DNA of 64,000 bases from Archangium sp. (lineage in GTDB: Bacteria; Myxococcota; Myxococcia; Myxococcales; Myxococcaceae). This document shows, piece after piece, positions 27,846-36,843 of the stretch. Numbering within the stretch: position 1 is the stretch's first letter; each line of letters begins with the position of its first letter. Both the position numbers and the translations under genes were made by a program. The notes beneath the pieces are model-generated. The model did no database searches. It saw only the letters and a list, made by a program, of their open reading frames with translations, and was not told the DNA's origin. The stretch spans positions 538-64,537 of the forward strand of contig NZ_DASVWK010000806.1 in assembly GCF_036389735.1 (NCBI RefSeq), written 5' to 3'.

Positions 27846-28943
27846 ATGGAGACAGCCCTCCCGCTGGACCAATACCGGCTCCTGGTCGAGCACTCGCCGA
27901 CGATGGTCTGGCGCTCGGGGTTGGACACGCTGTGCAACTACTTCAACCCCACCTGGCTGCGCTTCACGGGACGCCCCCTGGAGCAAGAGGTGGGTGAGGG
28001 GTGGGTAGAGGGCGTCCACCCGGATGACATGCGCCGCTGCGTGGACACCTACCTCTCGCACTTCGAGCGGCGCGAGTCCTTCGAGATGGAGTACCGGCTG
28101 CGGCGCCATGACGGCGTCCACCGCTACCTCTTCGACCGGGGCGTGCCCTACACCGACGAGCAGGGGCGCTTCGCCGGCTTCATCGGCAGCTGCGTGGACG
28201 TCCACGAGCGCCGCGAGGCGGACCGGGCCAAGGCGACGTTCCTCGCGCTCGCCGCTCACGAGCTGCGCACGCCGCTCACCTCGGTGACGATGTACCTGGA
28301 GGCGCTGCGCCGCCAGCTCGCGCGTGGGGACGCGTCCTCGGGAGGCACGGCGTTGGACCGGATGAGCGCGCAGCTCGACCGGGTCACCCTGCTGGTGCGG
28401 GACCTGGAGGACACCGGGCGCATGAACGCGGACATGCCGCTCGTCTTGAGCAAGGAGGAGCTGGATCTGGCCGAGCTGGTCCAGGTCGTCGTGGCCCACC
28501 ACCGCGACGCCGAGACGCACCGCGCCCGGGGGCCGCGGTCCCATGCTTTCGAGCTGTCCATCGCCCCGGGCTCCTACCGCCTCCTGGCGGACCGCCAGCG
28601 CCTGGAGCAGGTGGTGAACAACCTGCTCGGCAACGCGGTGAAGTTCTCGCCCAGGGGAGGTCCCATCCGGATCGCCCTGGCGCCCGAGGGGAGCGACTTC
28701 ACGCTGTCCATCTCCGACCGGGGCATTGGCATTCCCGCCGCCGACCTCCCCTCGCTGACCCGGCGCTACTTCCGCGCGAGCAACGTGTCCGCCGAGAACT
28801 TCCCGGGGCTCGGGCTCGGACTGTCGCTCGTGCAGGAACTCCTGGCGGTGCACGGCGGACGGCTCCACTTCCAGAGCGAGCTGGACCAGGGAACGACCGT
28901 CACCTTCGTCCTCCCCTTGGCCCCGGCCGAGGTGCGGACATGA
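27846..28943 (+). CDS. PAS-domain sensor histidine kinase
   Basis: PAS (YFNPTWLRFTG...VHPDD...EYRLRRHDG); AHELRTPLT H-box; NLLGNAVKFS, DRGIGI, GLGLGL boxes. Confidence 0.93.
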   Translation: METALPLDQYRLLVEHSPTMVWRSGLDTLCNYFNPTWLRFTGRPLEQEVGEGWVEGVHPDDMRRCVDTYLSHFERRESFEMEYRLRRHDGVHRYLFDRGVPYTDEQGRFAGFIGSCVDVHERREADRAKATFLALAAHELRTPLTSVTMYLEALRRQLARGDASSGGTALDRMSAQLDRVTLLVRDLEDTGRMNADMPLVLSKEELDLAELVQVVVAHHRDAETHRARGPRSHAFELSIAPGSYRLLADRQRLEQVVNNLLGNAVKFSPRGGPIRIALAPEGSDFTLSISDRGIGIPAADLPSLTRRYFRASNVSAENFPGLGLGLSLVQELLAVHGGRLHFQSELDQGTTVTFVLPLAPAEVRT

Positions 28944-29431
28944 AGCGCGTGCTCCTGGTGGATGACGATCCGGACATCCGGGACTCGCTCACCCTGCTGC
29001 TGGACCTGAACTACGTGGTCACCCCCGCGGAGGATGGCGCCGTCGCGCTGGAGTTGATGAAGGCCCAGCGGTTCGACGCCGTGGTGCTCGACCTGATGAT
29101 GCCCGTGCTCGACGGCACCCGCTTCCTGGAGGAGCTCCACCAGCTCGGCATCCAGGTGCCCGTCATCCTCATCTCCGCGCACCGCGACCTCGAGGAGCGG
29201 CACCGCCGGCTGGGCGTCTTCTCCTACCTGCGCAAGCCCTTCAACATCGTGGAGCTGGAGAAGCGGCTCGCGCAGGCCCTCCGCCCTGGAGGCACGGGCG
29301 GGCCCCTGGGCTCCGGAGGGACGGGGGACACCGCCCTCCGGGGCTCACGAGAACCGGATCAGGGCACCAGCGCCGGCGGCTGGCCATCCAGCACGCACAG
29401 GTTGGTGGTCTCCTCGCAGGCGATGGCGTAG
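28940..29431 (+). CDS. Single-domain response regulator
   Basis: VLLVDDD, LDLMMPVLDG, ISA, KPF; ATGA overlap with the kinase; low-complexity tail overlaps the convergent gene by 73 nt. Confidence 0.9.
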   Translation: MKRVLLVDDDPDIRDSLTLLLDLNYVVTPAEDGAVALELMKAQRFDAVVLDLMMPVLDGTRFLEELHQLGIQVPVILISAHRDLEERHRRLGVFSYLRKPFNIVELEKRLAQALRPGGTGGPLGSGGTGDTALRGSREPDQGTSAGGWPSSTHRLVVSSQAMA

Positions 29432-30063
29432 GCGGGATCCAACGACAGGCCCGGGCGTGGCAGCTTGCACACGCTCGGATCGCGCACCGTCACCGTCTTG
29501 GTGGGATCATTGGGATCCTGGGCCTGCTTCTCGCACTTGATGGCGGGGAAGACGCCCACCGCCTCGTAGGTGGCCGTGCAGTCCCCCTCCGTGTAGGCCA
29601 GCTCCGCCGTCCACTGTGTGCCCGGAATCGCCGCCGTGCCCTGCATGCGCACGCTGCTCCACCGGTAGCTCAAGTCCTTGTTTTCCGATTGAACGACCTG
29701 CCGGGCCTCGGACAGCTCGGCGACCGCGCACACGCTGTCCGCATCCGGGTACTCGGTGGCGAACGCCCCCGAGGCCGTAACGGAGTGCGCCGGATCCTTC
29801 CCCTCCAGCGCGGCCAGCGGCGCTGGCTTCAGCATCAGGGTGGGCGGCACGTCCGAGCCGGGCACCCGGAAGGCCTGGGCCCCGACGATCTCCGCCTTCT
29901 TCTGCGCGCATGCGCCCGTGCCCGTCTTCAACGTGTAGCGCACGGCATGGTTGCCGCGCCCCACCGTGCACTGCGGCGCGGGCTGCTCCGCGCCAGCGCA
30001 CGCGCCCAACCAGGCCGCGCACCCCAGCGACCCCACCCATGCGAGAACTCGAGATGTCTTCAT
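29359..30063 (-). CDS. mlpA: MlpA-like lipoprotein
   Basis: Lipobox LGAC; 234 aa, Cys-containing; lies directly downstream of an Oar-like receptor, the oar-mlpA arrangement known from Myxococcus xanthus. May be a paralog. Confidence 0.65.
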   Translation of the reverse strand: MKTSRVLAWVGSLGCAAWLGACAGAEQPAPQCTVGRGNHAVRYTLKTGTGACAQKKAEIVGAQAFRVPGSDVPPTLMLKPAPLAALEGKDPAHSVTASGAFATEYPDADSVCAVAELSEARQVVQSENKDLSYRWSSVRMQGTAAIPGTQWTAELAYTEGDCTATYEAVGVFPAIKCEKQAQDPNDPTKTVTVRDPSVCKLPRPGLSLDPAYAIACEETTNLCVLDGQPPALVP

Positions 30064-30083
30064 GATGTCTGGCTCCGTTGGCT

Positions 30084-33000
30084 CTAGAAGGCCAGACGCG
30101 CGCCGATGCGGATGCTGCGGGGCGCCTGGTAGGAGGTGGGCTTCTCGAAGTTGGGATTGAGAGCCGGCGAGGCACCGGCCCGGTTCTTCACGTTCGCGAG
30201 GTCGGCCTGCGTGCCGCCCACCACCGCGTCGATGTTGTCGAAGGTGTAGTTCTGGTCCACCGACGTGACGGCCTGGAAGTTGAACAGGTTGAAGGTGTCC
30301 ATCGTCACCGAGCCCAGCAGGCCCCGGCCCAGCTTGTAGTTGACGCCCACGTGGGCATCCACGTTGTGCACCCAGGGCAGCTCACCGCCGCTACCACGCG
30401 GCAGGATGAAGGTGTTGCCCGCGCCGTAGAGGTAGTGCGAGCCCATCACGTTGATGGGCGCGCCCGAGGTGCCCCGGTACGACAGGCCCACGTTGAAGCT
30501 CGCCGAGGAGGAGAGCACGAACTCGCGAGCGCCGAACACCTTGAGGGCGTGCGTGTGGTTGAGGGGCAGCGGCCCTTCCTTGTTCTGCATCATCTCGATG
30601 AGATCGAAGTCCGAGGTGACGTTGGGGGCGAGCTGGTTGGTGTCCGGACGGTAGAGGCCGGAGTAGTTGCCGCGCAGGTAGGACCACGTGTAGCTGGCCT
30701 GGGCGAGCCACAGGTCCGAGAACGTCTTGTTGAAGTAGACGCTGACGGCATCGTAGTCACGCACGGGCTTGGGGAACGCGGCGCCGATGCCCCGGCCCGG
30801 GTTGCCGATGAAGTAGTTGGTGGTCTCGTTGACCGACATGTCCTCGATGATGTCGTTCATCTTGCGGTGGGTGTACGTGGTGCCCACGTTGGCGCGCGGG
30901 AGCACCTCGTACTCACCGCCCACGAGGAACTCGTCCGAGGACTGCGGCTTGAGCTCCGGGTCCACCGGGCTGTTGATGGCGAACGTCTGGGTGAAGCGGC
31001 GGCTGATGTCGGTGCTGGGGCCACCAGGCACCGGCACGTTGCGCGCGTCCTGGCACTCCGCGTAGGGCTCGGCCTGGTGGAGCGGGTCACACCCCGGGCC
31101 GCCAGCGGAGGTGGGGGTGCTGCTGCGCGTGGCCCGGATGCGGGTGATGTTGGAGAACTGCGAGTTCACCATGGCCAGCACGGCGTTCTGATAGTAGCGC
31201 GCGTAGCTGGCGAAGAGCTTGGAGCGGCCCTGCTGGGTGAAGTCGTAGACGAGCCCCACGCGCGGCGAGAGCTGATCCGGCAGCGCGAAGGCCAGGTCGC
31301 CTCCGGTACCGTAGATGGCCTGGGTGTCGTAGCGCACGCCCGCGTTGAGGATGACGCGGTCCAGGATGCTCCAGCTGTCCTGCACGAAGACGCCCACGGC
31401 GTCGGCGCGGGTGGAGGTATTCACCTGGCGCTGGAGCTGCACCTGGTCCGGGCCGGTGAGGTAGCCGAACGCGCGGAAGTCCGTGAAGCTCGCCCCGTTG
31501 ACCGCCTCGGTGTAGAGGACCTGGCCCGAGTAGGCGCGCGCGTCGCGGTTGGTCATCACCTCCACGTCGGCGCCAGCCTTGATGACGTGGTGGCCGAGCG
31601 CGTTGAGCAGCAGGGTGCCCACGACGTTGGCCTGATAGCGGTCCACCGTGCGGTCCAGCAGGAAGCCGGGGCCGCCCAGGAAGTAGCTGGACACCGGGCA
31701 GAGCGAGGCACCGGCCGTCCCGGCGGGGTCGCACACCGAGGGGTCCTCGAGCTGCTCGAGGTCATTGAGGGAGCGGAAGGGATTGCGGCGCAGCTCGAAC
31801 TGCGGCACGCCGGAGTAGCCCGAGCCATTGCCGATGCCGCTGCCATCCACTGGCAGGGTGGTGTCCGTCTGGTGGTGCCAGCCCGCGTTGACGTCCAGCA
31901 GCACGCGCTTGTCGAGGAAGGCCGAGGACAGCTTGAGGGAGAGGTCGCGCGCATCCGACGTATAGAGGTGGGCGAGCGCCTCGTAGCGGCCATTCAGGTT
32001 CTCCACCTCGACGGCGCCGCTGTCCAGGTTGTAGCCGAAGCGGTTCTCGCCACCGGAGCTGGACGGAGTGCCGTACACCGACAGGGTGAGGCTGTGGTCC
32101 GGGTGCGCCTGCCAGGTGAGCTTGCCGAGGTACTGCACGGAGCGCTGGTCGGCGAAGAAGTTCCGGGTGGTGTTGGGGATGCGCTCGGTGCGGGTGAAGC
32201 CGTTCGCGTCCTTGTCGCCCGCCACGAGGGTGTTGAAGTTGCGCTCGAGCTGCCGGCGCGTGAAGGAGGGCGCCACGCCCGCGTAGAACCAGACCTTGTC
32301 CTTGACGATGGGGCCACCGAGGGCGGCGCCGAAGTCACCCAGGTTCCACAGCCGCTGGTCCGTGCTGATGACGGTGCCCTCGCGCGCCACGCGGGTGGCC
32401 GGGCCCTCGAAGAGGCCCGGGGTGAGGTTGCCGAAGACGGCGCCGTGGAACTCGTTGGAGCCGGACTTGGTGACGGCCGTCATCACCCCGCCCGTGGAGC
32501 GGCCGAACTCGGGCATGAAGCCACCGGTGATGACGTTCACCTCCTGGATGAACTCCACCGACAGCGGCGTGCCGAGGATGCCCAGCGCCGGGTTGCCCGT
32601 GGACAGGCCGTCCACCAGGAAGCCGTTCTCCGGCGAGGTGGTGCCGTTGAGCGACACGCCGTAGGCATCCGAGCTGGCACCGGGGGCGAGCTCGGCGAGG
32701 CTCTCGAAGGAGCGGCCGGCGGAGCCCTTCGAGCCAGGGCGCACCACGGCGAGCCTGCTCACCATCTCGTTGTCCACGCTCACGCCCGTGCGAGTGGAGC
32801 CCACGTCCACGGCGGGCGGAGCGGCCACCACGTTCATCGTCGTCTCGAAGCCCTCCGGGAGGAGCTCGGCGTTGAGGCGGATGGTGCGGTTGAGGCGCAG
32901 GGTGATCTCCCCGCGCGCGTAGGGCTGGAAGGCCTCCTTCTCGAAGCGCAGGGTGTACACCCCCGGAGGAAGCTGCGGCAGCCGGTAGAGACCCGTGGCG

Positions 33001-33212
33001 TCGGTGACGGCCACCTGCTCTCCCTGGAGGCTGGGAGAGGTGGCGGTCACCACCACGTCCGGAACGGGTTTCTTGCTGTTGGCGTCCAGCACCGTGCCGG
33101 TCAGCACGGAGGTATTCTGCTGCGCCAGCGCGGCTGGCATCCACATGCACACGCCGAGCGCCAGCGCGGCCGCGAGGACGCGCGCTTGCTGATTCTGAAG
33201 ACGTCGATCCAA
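30084..33212 (-). CDS. oar: Oar-like TonB-dependent outer membrane receptor
   Basis: Signal peptide; N-terminal carboxypeptidase-regulatory domain (TDATGLYRLPQLPPGVY); plug GTTSPENGFLVDG...ITGGFMPEFGRSTGG...TKSGSNEFHG; C-terminal RIGARLAF. May be a paralog. Confidence 0.85.
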   Translation of the reverse strand: MDRRLQNQQARVLAAALALGVCMWMPAALAQQNTSVLTGTVLDANSKKPVPDVVVTATSPSLQGEQVAVTDATGLYRLPQLPPGVYTLRFEKEAFQPYARGEITLRLNRTIRLNAELLPEGFETTMNVVAAPPAVDVGSTRTGVSVDNEMVSRLAVVRPGSKGSAGRSFESLAELAPGASSDAYGVSLNGTTSPENGFLVDGLSTGNPALGILGTPLSVEFIQEVNVITGGFMPEFGRSTGGVMTAVTKSGSNEFHGAVFGNLTPGLFEGPATRVAREGTVISTDQRLWNLGDFGAALGGPIVKDKVWFYAGVAPSFTRRQLERNFNTLVAGDKDANGFTRTERIPNTTRNFFADQRSVQYLGKLTWQAHPDHSLTLSVYGTPSSSGGENRFGYNLDSGAVEVENLNGRYEALAHLYTSDARDLSLKLSSAFLDKRVLLDVNAGWHHQTDTTLPVDGSGIGNGSGYSGVPQFELRRNPFRSLNDLEQLEDPSVCDPAGTAGASLCPVSSYFLGGPGFLLDRTVDRYQANVVGTLLLNALGHHVIKAGADVEVMTNRDARAYSGQVLYTEAVNGASFTDFRAFGYLTGPDQVQLQRQVNTSTRADAVGVFVQDSWSILDRVILNAGVRYDTQAIYGTGGDLAFALPDQLSPRVGLVYDFTQQGRSKLFASYARYYQNAVLAMVNSQFSNITRIRATRSSTPTSAGGPGCDPLHQAEPYAECQDARNVPVPGGPSTDISRRFTQTFAINSPVDPELKPQSSDEFLVGGEYEVLPRANVGTTYTHRKMNDIIEDMSVNETTNYFIGNPGRGIGAAFPKPVRDYDAVSVYFNKTFSDLWLAQASYTWSYLRGNYSGLYRPDTNQLAPNVTSDFDLIEMMQNKEGPLPLNHTHALKVFGAREFVLSSSASFNVGLSYRGTSGAPINVMGSHYLYGAGNTFILPRGSGGELPWVHNVDAHVGVNYKLGRGLLGSVTMDTFNLFNFQAVTSVDQNYTFDNIDAVVGGTQADLANVKNRAGASPALNPNFEKPTSYQAPRSIRIGARLAF

Positions 33213-33313
33213 AGGAAGGCCCTCTGTCGGGCGCCCGCCCGCTCCATGCCGGCCGGCGCCATTGAGCCCCCTGCTACACTGTAATTCCCTGGAAAAACAA
33301 GGGAGCCCCCGCT

Positions 33314-34342
33314 CTACCAGCGCCGGACGAAGAGAAGACTCGCGGCCACCTTCAACGCGGGGCCCGTCACCTGCCCGCGCAGCTCGCTCGCGCCCTCGGC
33401 GAAACGCAGCTCCATGCCGCTCAAGGTGAGTCGCGAGTCCGTGCCCAGACTCCAGCGTCTACCGCCCACGGCCTCCGCGGCCCGCGCGAGGGCGGTGTCG
33501 AAATCGGTACCCGAGGGCAGGAAGCGGAGCTGCTCGACGATCCACGGCACCTCGACGCGCCCGGGGATGAGAGGGGATTCCGGGCCAGCCAGGGCGCGCA
33601 GGATGCCCGGGCCCGTCGCCTCGGGCAGGAAGACGAGGGAGCCAGGACGGAGGACCGCGTGCCCCATCTGCTCGGCGCCACTCGGCTCTCGGAACGCCGC
33701 CATGAAACAGGCCACCGGGGACAGGCGCGCGTGGTCGGCTCCGCTGACGAGTCCGGGCAGCCGGCGGCGAAGCTCCAGCGCCCCGGTGAGGTGCGCGGCG
33801 CGCTCCGCCTCCACCCGCTCCATCTCCTCGCCGAGTTCGTGGCTCCACTTGCTCCACTCGTGGCGCCTGGCTCCCAACAGCAGGGGCAGCAAGCCGCCCA
33901 CCTTCTGGAGTTCATGGGGCCCAGGCACCGGCCTCGGGCCCAGCTCGACGAGCCCCTGTGCGAGCAGCGCGAGTCGCTCCAGGTCCTCCACGAGCGACGG
34001 AGCCCCGGAGGTCCGGACGTACCAGCCGAGCCGCTCGTGGACGAGCGCCTCCAGCCGGGCCCGACGGGCTCGCACGTCCCGGAGGAAGGCGGGGCCCGGT
34101 GCGCTCTCCGGCCAGCCCTCGGACTCCGCGCGCCGCAGGACGCGCTCCAGGGCCTCCGTATACGTGGACTCGCAGTCCAGGACGGACCGGACGAGCTCGG
34201 GCTCTCGCCGCAGGCGGCACTCCCAGCCCCACCACCAGGAGAGGGCCCGCTGGAGCCGGACATGGTGCCCGCTGGCGGCCTCCAACACCTCGAGGCGCCC
34301 CTCGAGCTGGCGCCTTACGTCCTCGACCGAGGGGCCTCGCAT
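33314..34342 (-). CDS. Hypothetical protein downstream of cheB
   Basis: 342-aa ORF starting 12 nt after the cheB stop, same strand; no recognisable motif. Confidence 0.6.
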   Translation of the reverse strand: MRGPSVEDVRRQLEGRLEVLEAASGHHVRLQRALSWWWGWECRLRREPELVRSVLDCESTYTEALERVLRRAESEGWPESAPGPAFLRDVRARRARLEALVHERLGWYVRTSGAPSLVEDLERLALLAQGLVELGPRPVPGPHELQKVGGLLPLLLGARRHEWSKWSHELGEEMERVEAERAAHLTGALELRRRLPGLVSGADHARLSPVACFMAAFREPSGAEQMGHAVLRPGSLVFLPEATGPGILRALAGPESPLIPGRVEVPWIVEQLRFLPSGTDFDTALARAAEAVGGRRWSLGTDSRLTLSGMELRFAEGASELRGQVTGPALKVAASLLFVRRW

Positions 34343-34354
34343 GCGCTCATCTAA

Positions 34355-35404
34355 TCACGGACTCCGGGCCCGGCGCCGCAGGGCGTCACCCATCTCCCCA
34401 AGGGGCAGGACTTCACCCACCGCGCCCCGCTCGATGGCCGCTCGGGGCATGCCGAATACCACGCAGCTCGCCTCGTCCTGCGCCAGCGTCGCGGCTCCCG
34501 CCCGCTTCATCGCCAGCAGCCCGTCCGCGCCGTCGTCCCCCATCCCCGTCAGCAGCACCCCCACCGCGTTCGGCCCCGCTGCCCTCGCCACCGAGTGGAA
34601 CAGCACGTCCACGCTCGGCTTGTGCCCCGACACCCGCGCCCCATCCAGCACATCCACCTCGTAGTGCCCGCCGCTGCGCCGCACCCGCAGGTGCCGGTTG
34701 CCTGGGGCGATCAACGCCCTGCCCCGCATCACCCGGTCCCCCTGCGCCGCCTCCTTCACCTCGATGCGGCAGACCTGCTGCAACCGTCTGGCGAAGGCCG
34801 CGGTGAACAGCTCCGGCATGTGCTGCACGATGACCAGGCCCAGGCAGTCCGGCGGCATCGACACCAGCAGTTGCCGCAGCGCCTCCGTGCCCCCCGTGGA
34901 GGCCCCCACCGCCACCACCTTGTCCGTCGTCACCGTCAGCAGCGAGGGCGAGGACGGCCGCTCCAGCACCGCCACGGAGGTCCGCCTCACCAGCCGGGGA
35001 CGCGACCGCGCCGCGTTGCGGAGGGACTCCACGAAGCGCGCCCGCGACTCACGCAGGAAGTCTCCCACCCCCAACATGGGCTTGGAGATGATCTCCACCG
35101 CGCCCTCCTGGAGCAGACGCACCGCCGTCTCCGAGCCCGGTCCCGCCAGCCCGGTGCACACCACCACCGGCACCGGAGCCTCCTCGCGCATGAGCTGGCG
35201 CAGGAACGTCAGCCCGTCCATGCGCGGCATCTCCAGGTCCAGGAGGACCACGTCCGGCCGTTGGCTCTTCATCTTCTGCTGGGCGATGAGCGGATCCGAC
35301 GCCACCTCCACCACCATGTCCGGCACGTGCTCCAGCAGCAGCAGCACGCCCTGGCGCACCACCGCCGAGTCATCCACCACCAGCACCCGCAGCACCGGAG
35401 CCAT
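34355..35404 (-). CDS. cheB: Chemotaxis protein-glutamate methylesterase CheB
   Basis: Receiver (VDDSA, LLDLEMPRMDG); GASTGG, QHMP, HKPSVD, LTGMGDDGA. Confidence 0.95.
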   Translation of the reverse strand: MAPVLRVLVVDDSAVVRQGVLLLLEHVPDMVVEVASDPLIAQQKMKSQRPDVVLLDLEMPRMDGLTFLRQLMREEAPVPVVVCTGLAGPGSETAVRLLQEGAVEIISKPMLGVGDFLRESRARFVESLRNAARSRPRLVRRTSVAVLERPSSPSLLTVTTDKVVAVGASTGGTEALRQLLVSMPPDCLGLVIVQHMPELFTAAFARRLQQVCRIEVKEAAQGDRVMRGRALIAPGNRHLRVRRSGGHYEVDVLDGARVSGHKPSVDVLFHSVARAAGPNAVGVLLTGMGDDGADGLLAMKRAGAATLAQDEASCVVFGMPRAAIERGAVGEVLPLGEMGDALRRRARSP

Positions 35405-35407
35405 GCC

Positions 35408-36313
35408 CTACCCGCGAGGAGCGGGTCCTCCCACCGGGGAGCGCAACGCATAGACGGTGGGCATCAACGTGCGCACGCGCCCCCCGAGCCCCGCCATGCT
35501 CTCGGAGTGGCCGAGGAAGAGGAGCCCGTGGGGCGACAGGTGGCTCAGCAGCCGCTCCACCGCCCGGGCCTTCGAGGCCGCGTCGAAGTAGATGAGGACG
35601 TTGCGGCAGAAGACGAGGTCGAAGCGCCCCATCAGCCCCTGGCCATCGTTCAGGTTCACCCGCTGGAAGCGCACCAGCGAGCGCAGCTCGGGGCCCGCCT
35701 TCATCTTCCCCTCCTGGCTGCCCGTGCCCTTGAGCATGTACGCCCGGAGGTAGTGCCTTGGAATCTCCCCGGCCTTGTCCACCGGCCAGAGCGCCTGACG
35801 CGCCCGCTCCAGCACGCGCGTGGACAGGTCCGTCGCCAGGATGTCGATGTCCCAGCCCTCCTCCGCCGGCAGGTGGTGGCGCAGCACCATGGCCAGGGTG
35901 AAGGGCTCCTCGCCCGAGGAGCACCCCGCGCTCCACACCCGCACCCGTCGCCCCTCGCCGCTCCCGGTGTCCCCGTGAGCACGCCAGCGCGGCAACACCT
36001 CGCGCTCCAGGAACTCGAAATGCTTCGGCTCGCGGAAGAAGCGTGTCTCGTGCGTGCAGATGGCGTCCAGCATCCGCACCCGCTCGGCCGCGTCGTCCCC
36101 CACCCGCGACAGGTAGGCGCCGAACGAGAGGCCCCCCAGCTCGCGCAGCCGGCGCGAGAGCCGGCCCACCAGCAGCGCCTTCTTGGCGGGCGACAGCCAG
36201 ATGCCCGCCTCCTGGTAGACGAGCCGCTGGTAGCCGGTGAACTCCCGATCGCTGACCGCGAAGGCCTCGTGGTGCCCGTCACCCTTCCGCGGCTCGCCCC
36301 TCGCCTCGATCAT
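35408..36313 (-). CDS. cheR: Chemotaxis methyltransferase CheR
   Basis: THETRFFRE, VWSAGCSSGEEP, ILATDLS, FDLVFCRNVLIYF. Confidence 0.95.
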   Translation of the reverse strand: MIEARGEPRKGDGHHEAFAVSDREFTGYQRLVYQEAGIWLSPAKKALLVGRLSRRLRELGGLSFGAYLSRVGDDAAERVRMLDAICTHETRFFREPKHFEFLEREVLPRWRAHGDTGSGEGRRVRVWSAGCSSGEEPFTLAMVLRHHLPAEEGWDIDILATDLSTRVLERARQALWPVDKAGEIPRHYLRAYMLKGTGSQEGKMKAGPELRSLVRFQRVNLNDGQGLMGRFDLVFCRNVLIYFDAASKARAVERLLSHLSPHGLLFLGHSESMAGLGGRVRTLMPTVYALRSPVGGPAPRG

Positions 36314-36318
36314 GGCGC

Positions 36319-36834
36319 TCACGAACCGGTGGAGGTGGCGGGCGGGGACTCGAGCGTACTGGCCGTCAGCACCTCCTGGCTGCTGAGCACCTTGTCGATG
36401 TCCAGCAGCAGGACGAACTTCCGGCCCGCGCCCGTCCGACCCATGCCCACCAGGTAGTCCACGGGCACCGGCGTGCCAAAGGAGGGCGGCGGCAGCACGT
36501 CTCCGGGCTCCAGGTCCATGACCTGGCCGATCGAGTCCGCCAGCAGCCCCAGCACGAGGCGCTCGCCGCCCAGCTTCACCTCCACCACCACGATGCAGCT
36601 CCACCGGGTAAGGGTGGCCGGGGGCATGCCCAGCTTCACCGGCAGGTCCACCACCGGCACCACGCTGCCTCGCAGGTTGAACACCCCTCGCACCCACACG
36701 GGCGCGCCGGGGATGCGCGTCACCGTGTCGTACTCGATGATCTCCTTCACCTGGAGGATGCCGAGCGCGTACTCCTCTCCGGCGAGGATGAAGCTGAGGT
36801 ACTGCATGGACGTGGCGGAGGTCTGTTCGCTCAT
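36319..36834 (-). CDS. cheW: Chemotaxis coupling protein CheW
   Basis: YLSFILAGEEYAL...VKEII...TRIPGAP...GVFNLRGSVVPVVDL. Confidence 0.95.
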   Translation of the reverse strand: MSEQTSATSMQYLSFILAGEEYALGILQVKEIIEYDTVTRIPGAPVWVRGVFNLRGSVVPVVDLPVKLGMPPATLTRWSCIVVVEVKLGGERLVLGLLADSIGQVMDLEPGDVLPPPSFGTPVPVDYLVGMGRTGAGRKFVLLLDIDKVLSSQEVLTASTLESPPATSTGS

Positions 36835-36843
36835 GGCCGACAC

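Noticed and set aside
33259-33281. CCATTGAGCCCCCTGCTACACT resembling the 17337 promoter motif
   Set aside because: Lacks the TGTC core and points away from oar, toward the 3' end of a minus-strand gene.
30078-33284. 1068-aa plus-strand ORF, and similar long ORFs such as 57762-60668, 53674-56037, 15104-17323, 42794-44779 and 51833-53839
   Set aside because: Shadows opposite well-supported genes, expected in high-GC DNA with strong codon bias.
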